Assembly: GCA_958296045.1 (NCBI GenBank)
Contig: CATQHT010000003.1
Coordinates: 878,028-942,027 of the forward strand
Length of the DNA: 64,000 nucleotides
From: Rhodothermales bacterium
Lineage (GTDB): Bacteria; Bacteroidota; Rhodothermia; Rhodothermales; Bin80
Reading direction: 5' to 3'
Part shown: positions 1 through 8,566 of the stretch, piece by piece
Numbering within the stretch: the stretch's first letter is position 1
Layout of the letters: the number at the start of each line of letters is the position of its first letter
Position numbers and translations under genes: made by a program
Notes under the pieces: model-generated
The model's database searches: none
The model's input: only the letters and a program-made list of their open reading frames with translations
Told to the model about the DNA's origin: nothing

Positions 1-700
1 GCCGGCTCGCACGCCATACGATCTGACGGGAGTCTGGAGAAAAGAAGGCTCCACCATCGTAGCCCAGCGTGTTGGTGAGCTGCAGAAGGGCGCCTGTGGC
101 CATCTCATAGCGCCAGAGCTCCAGGTCTCCAGATCGTGTAGACGTGAACACCACGTAACGGCCATCCGGCGACACGGTGGCTTCGGCATCGTACCCGGGC
201 CCGCTGATCAGCGCGCGCGGGTGGTCCACGGAGTCCGGCGACGCGACATAGATGTCAAACGACGCATAGATGGGCCACACGTAGGTGTTGCTCTGTGGAA
301 GCGGTGGCGGACACACGGAGGATGCTGCATGCGTGGACGCGTAAATCATGCGCCCGTCCGGCAGAAAGTACCCGCATGTGGTGCGCCCGCGGCCTGTGGA
401 AACCAGCTCTGGACCTGCCTGGCCATGGGCATCCATCACAAACTGCTGATCACACCCTTGCGGATTGATGCCTTGCCAGTCCGACTGGAAGATGAGCAGA
501 GCGTCATCGAAGCTCCAGTACGCTTCCGCGTTGTTGCCGCCGAAGGTGAGCTGACGCACGTTGCGCAGGTGCAGCTCACCGGTGAAGCGCAGCGAATCGG
601 ACGATGGATCATACCCAGCATCCGGCGCGGGCTGCACCCCCTCGCATGCGCTAAGCACCAATAGCAGCGCCACCTTCAGTATTGCAAACATCCTGGTCAT
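1..700 (-). CDS. TolB-like / PD40 beta-propeller lipoprotein (3' end runs off window)
   Basis: Manual translation from ATG at 700: MTRMFAILKVALLLVLSAC (lipobox)...RQLTFGGNNAEAYWS...GYDAEATVSPDGRYVVFTSTRSGDLELW...GYDGGAFFSPD; PD40-type repeats. Not in the ORF track because it is open at the window edge. Confidence 0.85.
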   Translation of the reverse strand, partial: MTRMFAILKVALLLVLSACEGVQPAPDAGYDPSSDSLRFTGELHLRNVRQLTFGGNNAEAYWSFDDALLIFQSDWQGINPQGCDQQFVMDAHGQAGPELVSTGRGRTTCGYFLPDGRMIYASTHAASSVCPPPLPQSNTYVWPIYASFDIYVASPDSVDHPRALISGPGYDAEATVSPDGRYVVFTSTRSGDLELWRYEMATGALLQLTNTLGYDGGAFFSPDSRQIVWRASR

Positions 701-833
701 TGCAGCTTGACCTGCTTGTTTTTGCGTGCGATCCCGATTCAACGGCATAGCGGGCAGGAGGTCACACGGCAGCTATCCCTGTGCACGCGCGTATAAGGTG
801 TCGACGCACTGTTCGACACTGGCCCGTGGTACC

Positions 834-1628
834 ATGCCCTTCGACTTTCCAAAAGATGTCTTGGCCCGAAGCCACCAGGTTCCGGTGCTGGTGGACTTCT
901 GGGCACCGTGGTGCGGCCCCTGCCGCGTCCTGGGTCCCATCCTGGACAAGGTTGCTGCCGATAACGGGGGAGCCTGGGAGCTCTGCAAAGTTAATACGGA
1001 CGAGCATCCAAGCATTTCGCAAGAATACGGCATCCGCGGCATTCCCGCGGTCAAGCTTTTTGTCGATGGCCGCGTCGCGGATGAGTTCACTGGGGCCCTT
1101 CCCGAGACCCAGGTGCGTGCATGGTTGCGCAAGGCGCTGCCTTCGCGCGTCGCCCTTGAGGTGCAGCAATCCGAAGAAGCCATCGTCGCGGGCCAAGGTG
1201 GCGCTGCAACGATAAAGGAGCTGGAAGGGGTCCTGACGGACGAACCGGGCCACAGTCGTGCAAGGATCAGGCTGGCGCAACTATTGGCCCTTTCGGATCT
1301 GACGCGCGCATTAACGCTGCTGAAGGGGACCGACCCCGAAGCGGACCTCTTGCAGGTCGTGGAGGCCATTCGGGCGCTTGACCGCTTTCAACCGGGCAAT
1401 CCGCTCCCAGACGGCCCGGGGCAAGGGCCCTTCGGGCGCGCCTGCGCGGCATTTGCCCATGGCGATGCGGACGGAGCAGCAAAGAGCATCATCGAATTGC
1501 TGCAGGCGGACCGGTACTACCACGATGATGCGGGCCGTAAGTTCGGCGTAGCCATATTCACCATCCTTGGCCCCGGGCACCCGGTGACGAAGGCGCACCG
1601 GCGCACCTTCGACATGTGGCTCTACTGA
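834..1628 (+). CDS. Thioredoxin-domain/TPR chaperedoxin (YbbN/CnoX-like)
   Basis: VLVDFWAPWCGPC thioredoxin motif, GIPAVK cis-Pro motif, helical C-terminal half; ATG at 834 chosen over upstream GTG. Confidence 0.88.
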   Translation: MPFDFPKDVLARSHQVPVLVDFWAPWCGPCRVLGPILDKVAADNGGAWELCKVNTDEHPSISQEYGIRGIPAVKLFVDGRVADEFTGALPETQVRAWLRKALPSRVALEVQQSEEAIVAGQGGAATIKELEGVLTDEPGHSRARIRLAQLLALSDLTRALTLLKGTDPEADLLQVVEAIRALDRFQPGNPLPDGPGQGPFGRACAAFAHGDADGAAKSIIELLQADRYYHDDAGRKFGVAIFTILGPGHPVTKAHRRTFDMWLY

Positions 1629-1673
1629 AGGCTGCGTACCACCCGCGTGCGGGTGGCCGGATGTACATCAGCG

Positions 1674-2798
1674 TCACGAAATCGCCCCGCCGCAGCTGCT
1701 GCCGGCCCCGGCAGTGCATCCGTAGCAGTGTCGTCCGGTACGGATAGTATGCTGACGCCATGCCTGAAGGTCAAAGTCCCCCACATGGGCGTTGCGCCCA
1801 TTCAGGTCCATAACCATGTCAAGCTGCTGATTGAAGTCACAATCATAGAGATAGCCGTCCCATGACACCGACAGCGTGCTGCGGCACATCAGCCCCGCGA
1901 TGGTTGCCGGGTTAAAGGCAGCCAACAGCCTGTCAAGGTAGGAGGTCACCTGGCCCGTCTCGAGCAGCCATTCCAGAAACCTTGACATCGGGATATTATT
2001 CAGCGTCAGCAGGCGATCAAAGCGCACGCTATGGTTGGACAGGAGCGCTGCCTTCCATTCGCGTTCCAGCGAGCTCTGCCGGCCGGACAGGTATGCACCC
2101 ACAGGGTTGGTCACCAGCGTCAGCACACGGCGCGGGTCACCAAACCCGTAGCCGGCCTCGTTGAGGCGCGTAAGCGCCAAGAGTGATTTGCGGTAAGCGC
2201 CGGTGCCCCGCTGGGCGTCGGTCTTCAGTTGCCGATAGTGCGGCAGGGAGCACACTACTTCGACGCCCCGCTCGGCAAACCACTGCGGCAGGTGCGTGAA
2301 CCGCCGTGCCAGAAGGATGGTAAGGTTACAGCGGTCCATGACGTGGATGCCGCGTGCCACACACTCTTCTATGAGGTATTCAAAATGCGGATTGAGCTCC
2401 GGCGCGCCGCCTGTCAGGTCCACCACGCGTGGGCGGGTACGAATGATAAGATCAAGGCAGGCTTCCGCTGTGGCCTGGTCCATATTCTCTTCTGTGCGGT
2501 CCGGCCCTGCATCCACGTGGCAATGCCTGCAGGTCATGTTGCAGAGCTTGCCCAGGTTGAGCTGCACCACCTCTAGCGTTTCGGGCCGCAGCGCTGGCCA
2601 GCCGGATGCGGCCAGGTCGCTGTCAAAGTGGCCTGTCCCGGTGGGGCCCCCGCGAGTCTCTGCAGCGTTGAGGACACGGAACTGCTCGCGCGGCTCCACC
2701 AGGGGCGTTCCTCGCCATGCCATCGACGAGGTGGCTCGCGGGCCATTCGCCGCGGGGGCAAGCGTATCCAGCGCGATAAAGTCGGTAGCAACCGTCAT
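1674..2798 (-). CDS. arsS: Arsenosugar biosynthesis radical SAM protein ArsS
   Basis: CNMTCRHC radical SAM motif, DLTGGAPE, C-terminal YDCDFNQ and HCYGCTAGAGSSCGG signature; adjacent to an AhpD-like gene and arsM. Confidence 0.9.
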   Translation of the reverse strand: MTVATDFIALDTLAPAANGPRATSSMAWRGTPLVEPREQFRVLNAAETRGGPTGTGHFDSDLAASGWPALRPETLEVVQLNLGKLCNMTCRHCHVDAGPDRTEENMDQATAEACLDLIIRTRPRVVDLTGGAPELNPHFEYLIEECVARGIHVMDRCNLTILLARRFTHLPQWFAERGVEVVCSLPHYRQLKTDAQRGTGAYRKSLLALTRLNEAGYGFGDPRRVLTLVTNPVGAYLSGRQSSLEREWKAALLSNHSVRFDRLLTLNNIPMSRFLEWLLETGQVTSYLDRLLAAFNPATIAGLMCRSTLSVSWDGYLYDCDFNQQLDMVMDLNGRNAHVGDFDLQAWRQHTIRTGRHCYGCTAGAGSSCGGAIS

Positions 2799-2803
2799 CA
2801 CAC

Positions 2804-3136
2804 CTACATAGAAAGGCGCTTGGCCTGATCGGCCATCTGGATGCCATGCACCAGTGAGGCGCCTCCGCGCAGGGCGCACGCCACGTGCACGGCTTCGGTC
2901 ATCTGCTCCAGGTCGGATCCGTGCTCGAGAGCGCTTGTGGTGTGCGCATCAATGCAGTACGGGCATTGCAGTGCGTGCGCCACCGCGAGCGCGATGAGCG
3001 CTTTCTCCCGTGCGGACAGCGCACCGTCTTCGAAGACCTTGTTGTAGTACGCAAAAAAGGCGTCCGCCAGCTCCTTGCCGCCCTCGCCTATCTCACCGAA
3101 GCGCGGCAGGTGGTTTCTGTGGTAATAGTGGTCCAT
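2804..3136 (-). CDS. AhpD/CMD-family peroxidase-like protein associated with arsS
   Basis: REKALIALAVAHALQCPYCIDAH CMD/AhpD motif; 5 bp upstream of arsS. Confidence 0.88.
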   Translation of the reverse strand: MDHYYHRNHLPRFGEIGEGGKELADAFFAYYNKVFEDGALSAREKALIALAVAHALQCPYCIDAHTTSALEHGSDLEQMTEAVHVACALRGGASLVHGIQMADQAKRLSM

Positions 3137-3153
3137 ACCCTCAACAGGTGCGT

Positions 3154-3216
3154 ATTATACCCGGGCGCTAACGGCTGTTCCGGCCACGGCCGCGGACCTG
3201 GTCCATCAGGACCAGG
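3154..3216 (-). promoter_or_regulatory. Putative internal promoter (-10 TATAAT) with an upstream 8-bp inverted repeat
   Basis: TATAAT on the minus strand at 3154-3159, just upstream of the AhpD-like ATG; perfect repeat CCTGGTCC-N4-GGACCAGG at 3197-3216. Confidence 0.4.
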
Positions 3217-3310
3217 CGTGGCAGCGCCTCCACGAGTGCAGCCTACAAGGTAACCACGCCACCGGCAGCCTGAGAGCCGTGCCGGAATCTGCATATCCCG
3301 TGCGACCTCA

Positions 3311-4129
3311 TTAAGCCAGAGCGCCCTGGGGCTTCACTCCGCGCACGGTGATGCTCAACGCGCCATCCGCCCCTGCAATCTCACGCTCGGTCATCACACG
3401 AACTTCCTCAAACCCCGCCTCAGCGATCAGGCGCAGGTACGCGTCTCGCAGCATGGCACCTGCTACGCAGCCGACATATGATACAACGCTTTGGCGCACT
3501 GCCTCTGGAAGCGCGCGGGCTAGCACGACGTCACTGATCGCGAAGTGGCCACCGGGGCGCAGCACGCGCCAGACTTCGTCAAAGGCCGCCTCCTTGCGCG
3601 GCACCAGGTTGAGCACACAGTTGCTGATAACGACATCTGCCGAAGCATCGGCCAGCGGCATCTGCTCGATATCTCCCAGCACGAAGTGCACGTTGTCGAA
3701 CCCCAGATTTGCTGCGTTCTGGCGGGCGTTGCGGACCATGGCGCCCGAGAAGTCTATACCGGTAACCTGCCCGCTGGGCCCGACAATCCTACGAGCCACG
3801 AATGCATCGAGACCCGCCCCGCTACCCAGATCCACGACCGCCTGCCCTTTGCGAAGCCCCGCGTGATCCACCGGGAGGCCGCAACCCAGTCCCAGATCTG
3901 CCTCCTCGACGTACCCCTCCACGCTGCTGTACGCATCGCCTATCATAGTGCAGCCGCAATGGTCATCGCCTGCCGCAATTCGCGAATATTTGTCGTGCAC
4001 CACATCCTTGATGTTCGCCTGTGCGGTTGCATCGGACCACGAGCTGCCACAGCAGGCTGGATCGCTTTCGCGCAGCGCTACAGGTGCCAATGGCTGCTGT
4101 GGGATTGCGCAACATTCTGCAAGGGGCAT
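3311..4129 (-). CDS. arsM: Arsenite S-adenosylmethionine methyltransferase
   Basis: LGLGCGLP, VVDLGSGAGLD SAM motif, ISNCVLNL, YVGCVAGA conserved cysteines; N-terminal CC pairs. Confidence 0.92.
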   Translation of the reverse strand: MPLAECCAIPQQPLAPVALRESDPACCGSSWSDATAQANIKDVVHDKYSRIAAGDDHCGCTMIGDAYSSVEGYVEEADLGLGCGLPVDHAGLRKGQAVVDLGSGAGLDAFVARRIVGPSGQVTGIDFSGAMVRNARQNAANLGFDNVHFVLGDIEQMPLADASADVVISNCVLNLVPRKEAAFDEVWRVLRPGGHFAISDVVLARALPEAVRQSVVSYVGCVAGAMLRDAYLRLIAEAGFEEVRVMTEREIAGADGALSITVRGVKPQGALA

Positions 4130-4414
4130 GGGGGCTGGGAATAGTCGGGTGCACGGAAGGCCAGTCTATACCCCGCCGCAACCGCAGGTTCCGTCTGTTT
4201 CAGACGCTGCGGCTCGCTGGCCCAGGCCGATGCCTGCTCTGCACAACACCCACGGAGACCCTACGCCCACTCCAGCCAGGTGCCGCATGTGCCGCGCGAG
4301 CCTTTCCGGGTCGTCTGTAGCCACTGCAACGCGCCCCGTCGTATAATGGGATGGGCCGCGAATAAGATGGGCCGCGGCTCAGCATCGTCCTACCCGTCTG
4401 GCCGAAACTTCACC

Positions 4415-5680
4415 ATGGAAAGGGCACTCAGCTCCCGGGACCACGCGATGCTTGAGGGCGAATGTGGGCCCGCAGCGCAGATGGCGATGCGCATCCTGGA
4501 GCGCATGCGACCCATTATGGGAGCGCAGTCGTTTCTCGACATCAGCGGCGCCCATATCGACAGCGCTCTCTACCAGGGCGAAGCTACGCTGGCCTACGCG
4601 GAGCACCTGGCGGACCTGGGCGCCCGCGTCCGCGTGCCGACTACGCTCAATGTCAGCGGCGTGGACGAGCACGGATGGCAGGCCTGGGCCGTGCCTCCAG
4701 ACTGGGCAGCAGGGGCCAGACGCCAGATGGTCGCGTATCGGTCGATGGGATGCAAACCGACGTGGACGTGCGCGCCCTACCAGGAGTCTCAACGACCCGC
4801 CTTCGGCGAACAGGTGGCCTGGGGGGAATCAAGCGCCGTCGTTTTTGCCAACTCCGTGCTGGGCGCGCGCACGGCACGGTACCCGGACCTCCTGGATATC
4901 TGCGCCGCGATCACCGGACGCGTCCCGGCAGCCGGACTCCACCTCAGGCGGCGCCGCGCAGGACAGGTACTCTTCACGCTGCGCCACGTACCCGTTGCGC
5001 TGCAGCAGGCGGATAGCTTCTTTGGCGTGCTGGGACACCTGATCGGCAAAGCGGTCGGCAACCGCATCCCTGTGATACAGGGACTGGAAGTGGCGCCCTC
5101 AGAGGATCAGCTAAAGGCGTTCGGTGCCGCGAGCGCATCTAGTGGAGCTGTGGCACTCTTTCATATGGTTGGTGTCACGCCGGAGGCCGAGACACTTGCA
5201 GCTGCCACCCAGCGACGGCCAGCAGAAGCCACCATCGACGTCACTATGGAGGCGCTGCGCGCCACCCGCTGTGAGCTCTCTTCTGCAGCGATCGGCCCCC
5301 TCGACATGGTGGTGCTGGGCAGCCCTCACTTTTCATTCGAGGAGTTTCGGAAGCTGGCTGCCCTTGTCAGTGGCCGCAAGCGGCATCCAGGTACGCAGCT
5401 GCTGGTGACCGCCAGCCGCGTAGTGAAAGCGCTGGCCGCGCGCGCCGGCTTTCTGTCCTCCTTGGAGGCCTTCGGAGGTAAAGTGACCGTCGACACATGC
5501 ATCCTGACCACACCTATGCTGCAGCCTTCGGTGAAGACGCTTATGACGAACTCCGCCAAGTACGCGTACTATGCGCCTGGCCTGCTCGGCACCGCCATCG
5601 TGTACGGTAGCTTGGAGGATTGCATCCGCTCAGCAGAACGAGGTGGCGTAGACAGAGACGACTCGCTGTGGCAGCCGTAA
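4415..5680 (+). CDS. Aconitase X catalytic subunit (DUF521)
   Basis: AHID, WTCAPY, AWGESSAVVFANSVLGART, GSPH and DTC motifs. Confidence 0.9.
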   Translation: MERALSSRDHAMLEGECGPAAQMAMRILERMRPIMGAQSFLDISGAHIDSALYQGEATLAYAEHLADLGARVRVPTTLNVSGVDEHGWQAWAVPPDWAAGARRQMVAYRSMGCKPTWTCAPYQESQRPAFGEQVAWGESSAVVFANSVLGARTARYPDLLDICAAITGRVPAAGLHLRRRRAGQVLFTLRHVPVALQQADSFFGVLGHLIGKAVGNRIPVIQGLEVAPSEDQLKAFGAASASSGAVALFHMVGVTPEAETLAAATQRRPAEATIDVTMEALRATRCELSSAAIGPLDMVVLGSPHFSFEEFRKLAALVSGRKRHPGTQLLVTASRVVKALAARAGFLSSLEAFGGKVTVDTCILTTPMLQPSVKTLMTNSAKYAYYAPGLLGTAIVYGSLEDCIRSAERGGVDRDDSLWQP

Positions 5681-6090
5681 TCGAAGGCCACCCCGTAGTG
5701 GCTGGAGAGGCAGCGGGCATGTCGCTGGTTTCGTCCGAGCCGCTCAGCTTCTGGGGCGGCTACGACCAGAATACGGGCACTATTATCGACCGACGCCATC
5801 CCCTGTCGGGTCGGGTAGCCAGTGGCAAGGTGCTCGCCATCGGTGGCACGCGCGGCTCCAGTACTACGACAGCGGTGCTGCTCGAAGCGGTACGCCGGGG
5901 CACTGCGCCGGTCGCCCTGCTGACAATCGGCACCGATGTCTTTCTGGCACTTGCTGCCATTGTGGCCGACGAGCTCTACCGGCGTAGCCTTCCAGTAGTC
6001 GCGCTTTCGGACCCCGACTTCGCGCGGTTAAGCAGCGGACAGCTCCTGAAGGTCGCCACCTCTGGGCGTATCATTATCGTGGATCCATGA
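5668..6090 (+). CDS. Aconitase X swivel subunit (DUF126)
   Basis: EPLSFWGGYD...HPLSG...RGSST motif; overlaps the catalytic subunit stop. Confidence 0.88.
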   Translation: MAAVIEGHPVVAGEAAGMSLVSSEPLSFWGGYDQNTGTIIDRRHPLSGRVASGKVLAIGGTRGSSTTTAVLLEAVRRGTAPVALLTIGTDVFLALAAIVADELYRRSLPVVALSDPDFARLSSGQLLKVATSGRIIIVDP

Positions 6091-6857
6091 TTGCGTGCCG
6101 GCTTCGTTGCGACGAGCACCTCGCGCTTGCCTGGAGGTCCCCGGCGACGCGCAACAGCAAACCCGGCGACCTGCAAGGCGCGCCGCACATGCCCAGCCGC
6201 CGAATATGTAGCCAGCCTCCCTCCCGGTACCAGCGCGGCATGCAGCTGCTGCAGAAAGCCCGGGGACCAGAGCTCTGGGTTGACCTTCGGACTAAACCCA
6301 TCCAGATATACCGCATCAAAGTGCTCTCGAGGCAACTGCTGCCGGCGTGCATCACCGATCAGGAGGGCCAGCCAGCAACCCGGCAGCACATCGCACTCAT
6401 ATCGCCCTAAAGAAACATTGTGCGGCAACCTGTGGCGGCGCCACCGAAGCCAGGCCCGGCTTACTGTGCGCACGTCATCGATCAAGCTGTAATCCAGAAG
6501 CTCCAGCGCGGGCGCGGCAGGCAGCCTCGACTCGAGGCCGGTATACGACAGCGTCACGCCGGCTTTGGCCACGGCTGCCGCCGTCACAAGAAAGTTCAGC
6601 CCTGATCCGAAACCGACCTCAAGCACCCGCAGGTGGCTTACCCCCGGAAGCTGCGGCGCCACCGCACCTGCATGAAACACGTACAAAGCCTCGGTAAACG
6701 CTCCATGCATTGATCGAAACGTCTGCCCATACTCGGCGCTGTACAACGTCTTGGATCCGTCGGCTGTGCGGCGCACTTGCGGCGCCTGCAATCGCGATGT
6801 CTTGCGCAAGGGATCAAGCCCTGCGGCGCCCTGTTGCACCTGCGTATTCTGACCCAT
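5976..6857 (-). CDS. mnmD: Stand-alone MnmC N-terminal (MnmD-like) tRNA mnm5s2U34 methyltransferase; start uncertain
   Basis: TADGSKTLYS, LEVGFGSGLN, VYLDGFSPKVNPELW, ATYSAAGHVRRAL, GPPGKRE motifs. Confidence 0.85.
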   Translation of the reverse strand: MGQNTQVQQGAAGLDPLRKTSRLQAPQVRRTADGSKTLYSAEYGQTFRSMHGAFTEALYVFHAGAVAPQLPGVSHLRVLEVGFGSGLNFLVTAAAVAKAGVTLSYTGLESRLPAAPALELLDYSLIDDVRTVSRAWLRWRRHRLPHNVSLGRYECDVLPGCWLALLIGDARRQQLPREHFDAVYLDGFSPKVNPELWSPGFLQQLHAALVPGGRLATYSAAGHVRRALQVAGFAVARRRGPPGKREVLVATKPARNHGSTIMIRPEVATFRSCPLLNRAKSGSESATTGRLRR

Positions 6858-6864
6858 GGTGTCG

Positions 6865-7542
6865 ATGCTGAGCCCAGCGATCGAGGATTACCTGAAGACG
6901 ATATATAAGCTTCAAGGTGAAGGTACGGTATCTACCACCAGTGTCGCACAGGCTATGAACGTCAGCCCAGCGTCGGTTACCAACATGGTCAAGAGGCTCG
7001 CGCGCCTTAAGATGGTCCGCCACAAGTCGTACCGAGGCGTCCGCCTGACCGAAGCTGGCGAAAAGATTGCGCTGGAAATCGTCCGCCACCACCGGCTCCT
7101 GGAAACATACCTGAAGCAGTTTCTGGGATACTCGTGGGCCGACATGCACGCGGAAGCGGAGCACCTGGAGCACCATATTTCGGAGGAATTTGAAAAAAAG
7201 ATCGATCAGCTCTTGGGCTATCCCACACACGATCCCCACGGACACCCCATCCCGACGGCCGACCTTACCATGGAGCAGCCCAAGGTGCGGCCGCTGTCTT
7301 CTGTGGAGGTTGGGTGCTGCGTCCGCGTCAGTTCAGTGGCCGACACCGATGCTGGCATGCTGGAATACCTGGAGTCCGTGGGTTTGATGCCGAACCAGAA
7401 GGTGACGATCGTGGCCAAAGCACCCTTTGAAGGTCCGATCACCCTCACGGTCAAAGGCGGAGAGCTTGTGCTTGGCAACTACGCGGCCACCCACGTCTAT
7501 GTAGACGCTGCCGAGTCAGAGGATCGTCTTGCCAAGAAGTGA
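6865..7542 (+). CDS. DtxR/MntR-family metal-dependent repressor with C-terminal FeoA domain
   Basis: EDYLKTIY, RHHRLLE, EAEHLEH, DPHGHPIP motifs; SH3/FeoA-like tail. Confidence 0.92.
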   Translation: MLSPAIEDYLKTIYKLQGEGTVSTTSVAQAMNVSPASVTNMVKRLARLKMVRHKSYRGVRLTEAGEKIALEIVRHHRLLETYLKQFLGYSWADMHAEAEHLEHHISEEFEKKIDQLLGYPTHDPHGHPIPTADLTMEQPKVRPLSSVEVGCCVRVSSVADTDAGMLEYLESVGLMPNQKVTIVAKAPFEGPITLTVKGGELVLGNYAATHVYVDAAESEDRLAKK

Positions 7543-8406
7543 GGCTAGAAGGTCCGCCGCCAGGGTAGCGGTACGATTCTGTATGTCGAGGATGGGGTTA
7601 ATTTCCACGACGTCGATTGACCCCAGGCGCCCGTCTTCCGCAATCAGCTCCATCAGCAGGTGGGCTTCGCGTGTATTGAGCCCGCCAGTGACAGGAGTAC
7701 CCACGCCTGGCGCATAATGAGGATCCAGGCTGTCCATATCGAGGCTGACGTGCAGCCGCGCCACATGGCTTAGGCGCTCCAGCGCCTCGCAGGCCACAGC
7801 GGCGATGCCACGCTCATCGATTTCGCGCATGGTGTAGATCCCCATTCGGCTTTCGCGTAGCTTGCGGCGTTCGGCAGCGTCGAGGTCTCGGACCGCAATA
7901 AGCACGACATTTTCCGGTTCCACTTTCGGGCCAAGGCGGCCTGCATTCACAAGCTCAGGAGCACCCCGACCAATCAGGATGGACAGCGGCATCCCATGTA
8001 TGTTGCCGCTGAGCGATATGTCAGGAGTGTTAAAGTCTGCGTGTGCATCAATCCACAGGAGACCGGCTGGGCAGTCGTGTGTGGCGCCGCCCACGCTGCC
8101 GACAGCGATGGAATGGTCTCCGCCCATAACCAAGGGCAGATAACCGTCCGAGATTACACTGGCCACCTGTCTGTACAGCAACTCGCACACCTCGCTAATA
8201 GGCCGAATGAAGTCCAGACCATGGTGCAACGCCAGCGTGTCCCGGACCGGGACGGTCATGTTACCGCAGTCCACTACTATGTAGTTGAGCTTCTGCAGCA
8301 TTTGAGTGAGCCCAGCATAGCGGATAGCGCTCGGCCCCACATCGACGCCACGCAGGCTCTGTCCTAAGTCCATTGGGACCCCGATTAGGTGAATGGTGCG
8401 CTGCAT
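7516..8406 (-). CDS. rocF: Arginase
   Basis: GGDHS, DAHADFN, SGNIHGMP, SLDMDSLDP..APGVGTP, VEINP. Confidence 0.95.
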   Translation of the reverse strand: MQRTIHLIGVPMDLGQSLRGVDVGPSAIRYAGLTQMLQKLNYIVVDCGNMTVPVRDTLALHHGLDFIRPISEVCELLYRQVASVISDGYLPLVMGGDHSIAVGSVGGATHDCPAGLLWIDAHADFNTPDISLSGNIHGMPLSILIGRGAPELVNAGRLGPKVEPENVVLIAVRDLDAAERRKLRESRMGIYTMREIDERGIAAVACEALERLSHVARLHVSLDMDSLDPHYAPGVGTPVTGGLNTREAHLLMELIAEDGRLGSIDVVEINPILDIQNRTATLAADLLASLLGKTIL

Positions 8407-8566
8407 ATTGGTATTAAACGTGGTGCGAATACGTCGATATTATCTTGCTGGCGCTGGTGCGCATCGCGACCCAGCCTCGGCGCGTGCCCGGTGCATGTGT
8501 ACCCAGGCGTCCGCGTTGCGGATCCGCAGGGGCGCCGGATTCGTATAGGCGGACTGTTTCCAAGAC

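Noticed and set aside
4166-4320. Small Cys-containing ORF upstream of arsM (MRHLAG...TCGCGGV)
   Set aside because: About 40 aa with no recognisable ArsR/ArsD motif; likely chance in GC-rich DNA.
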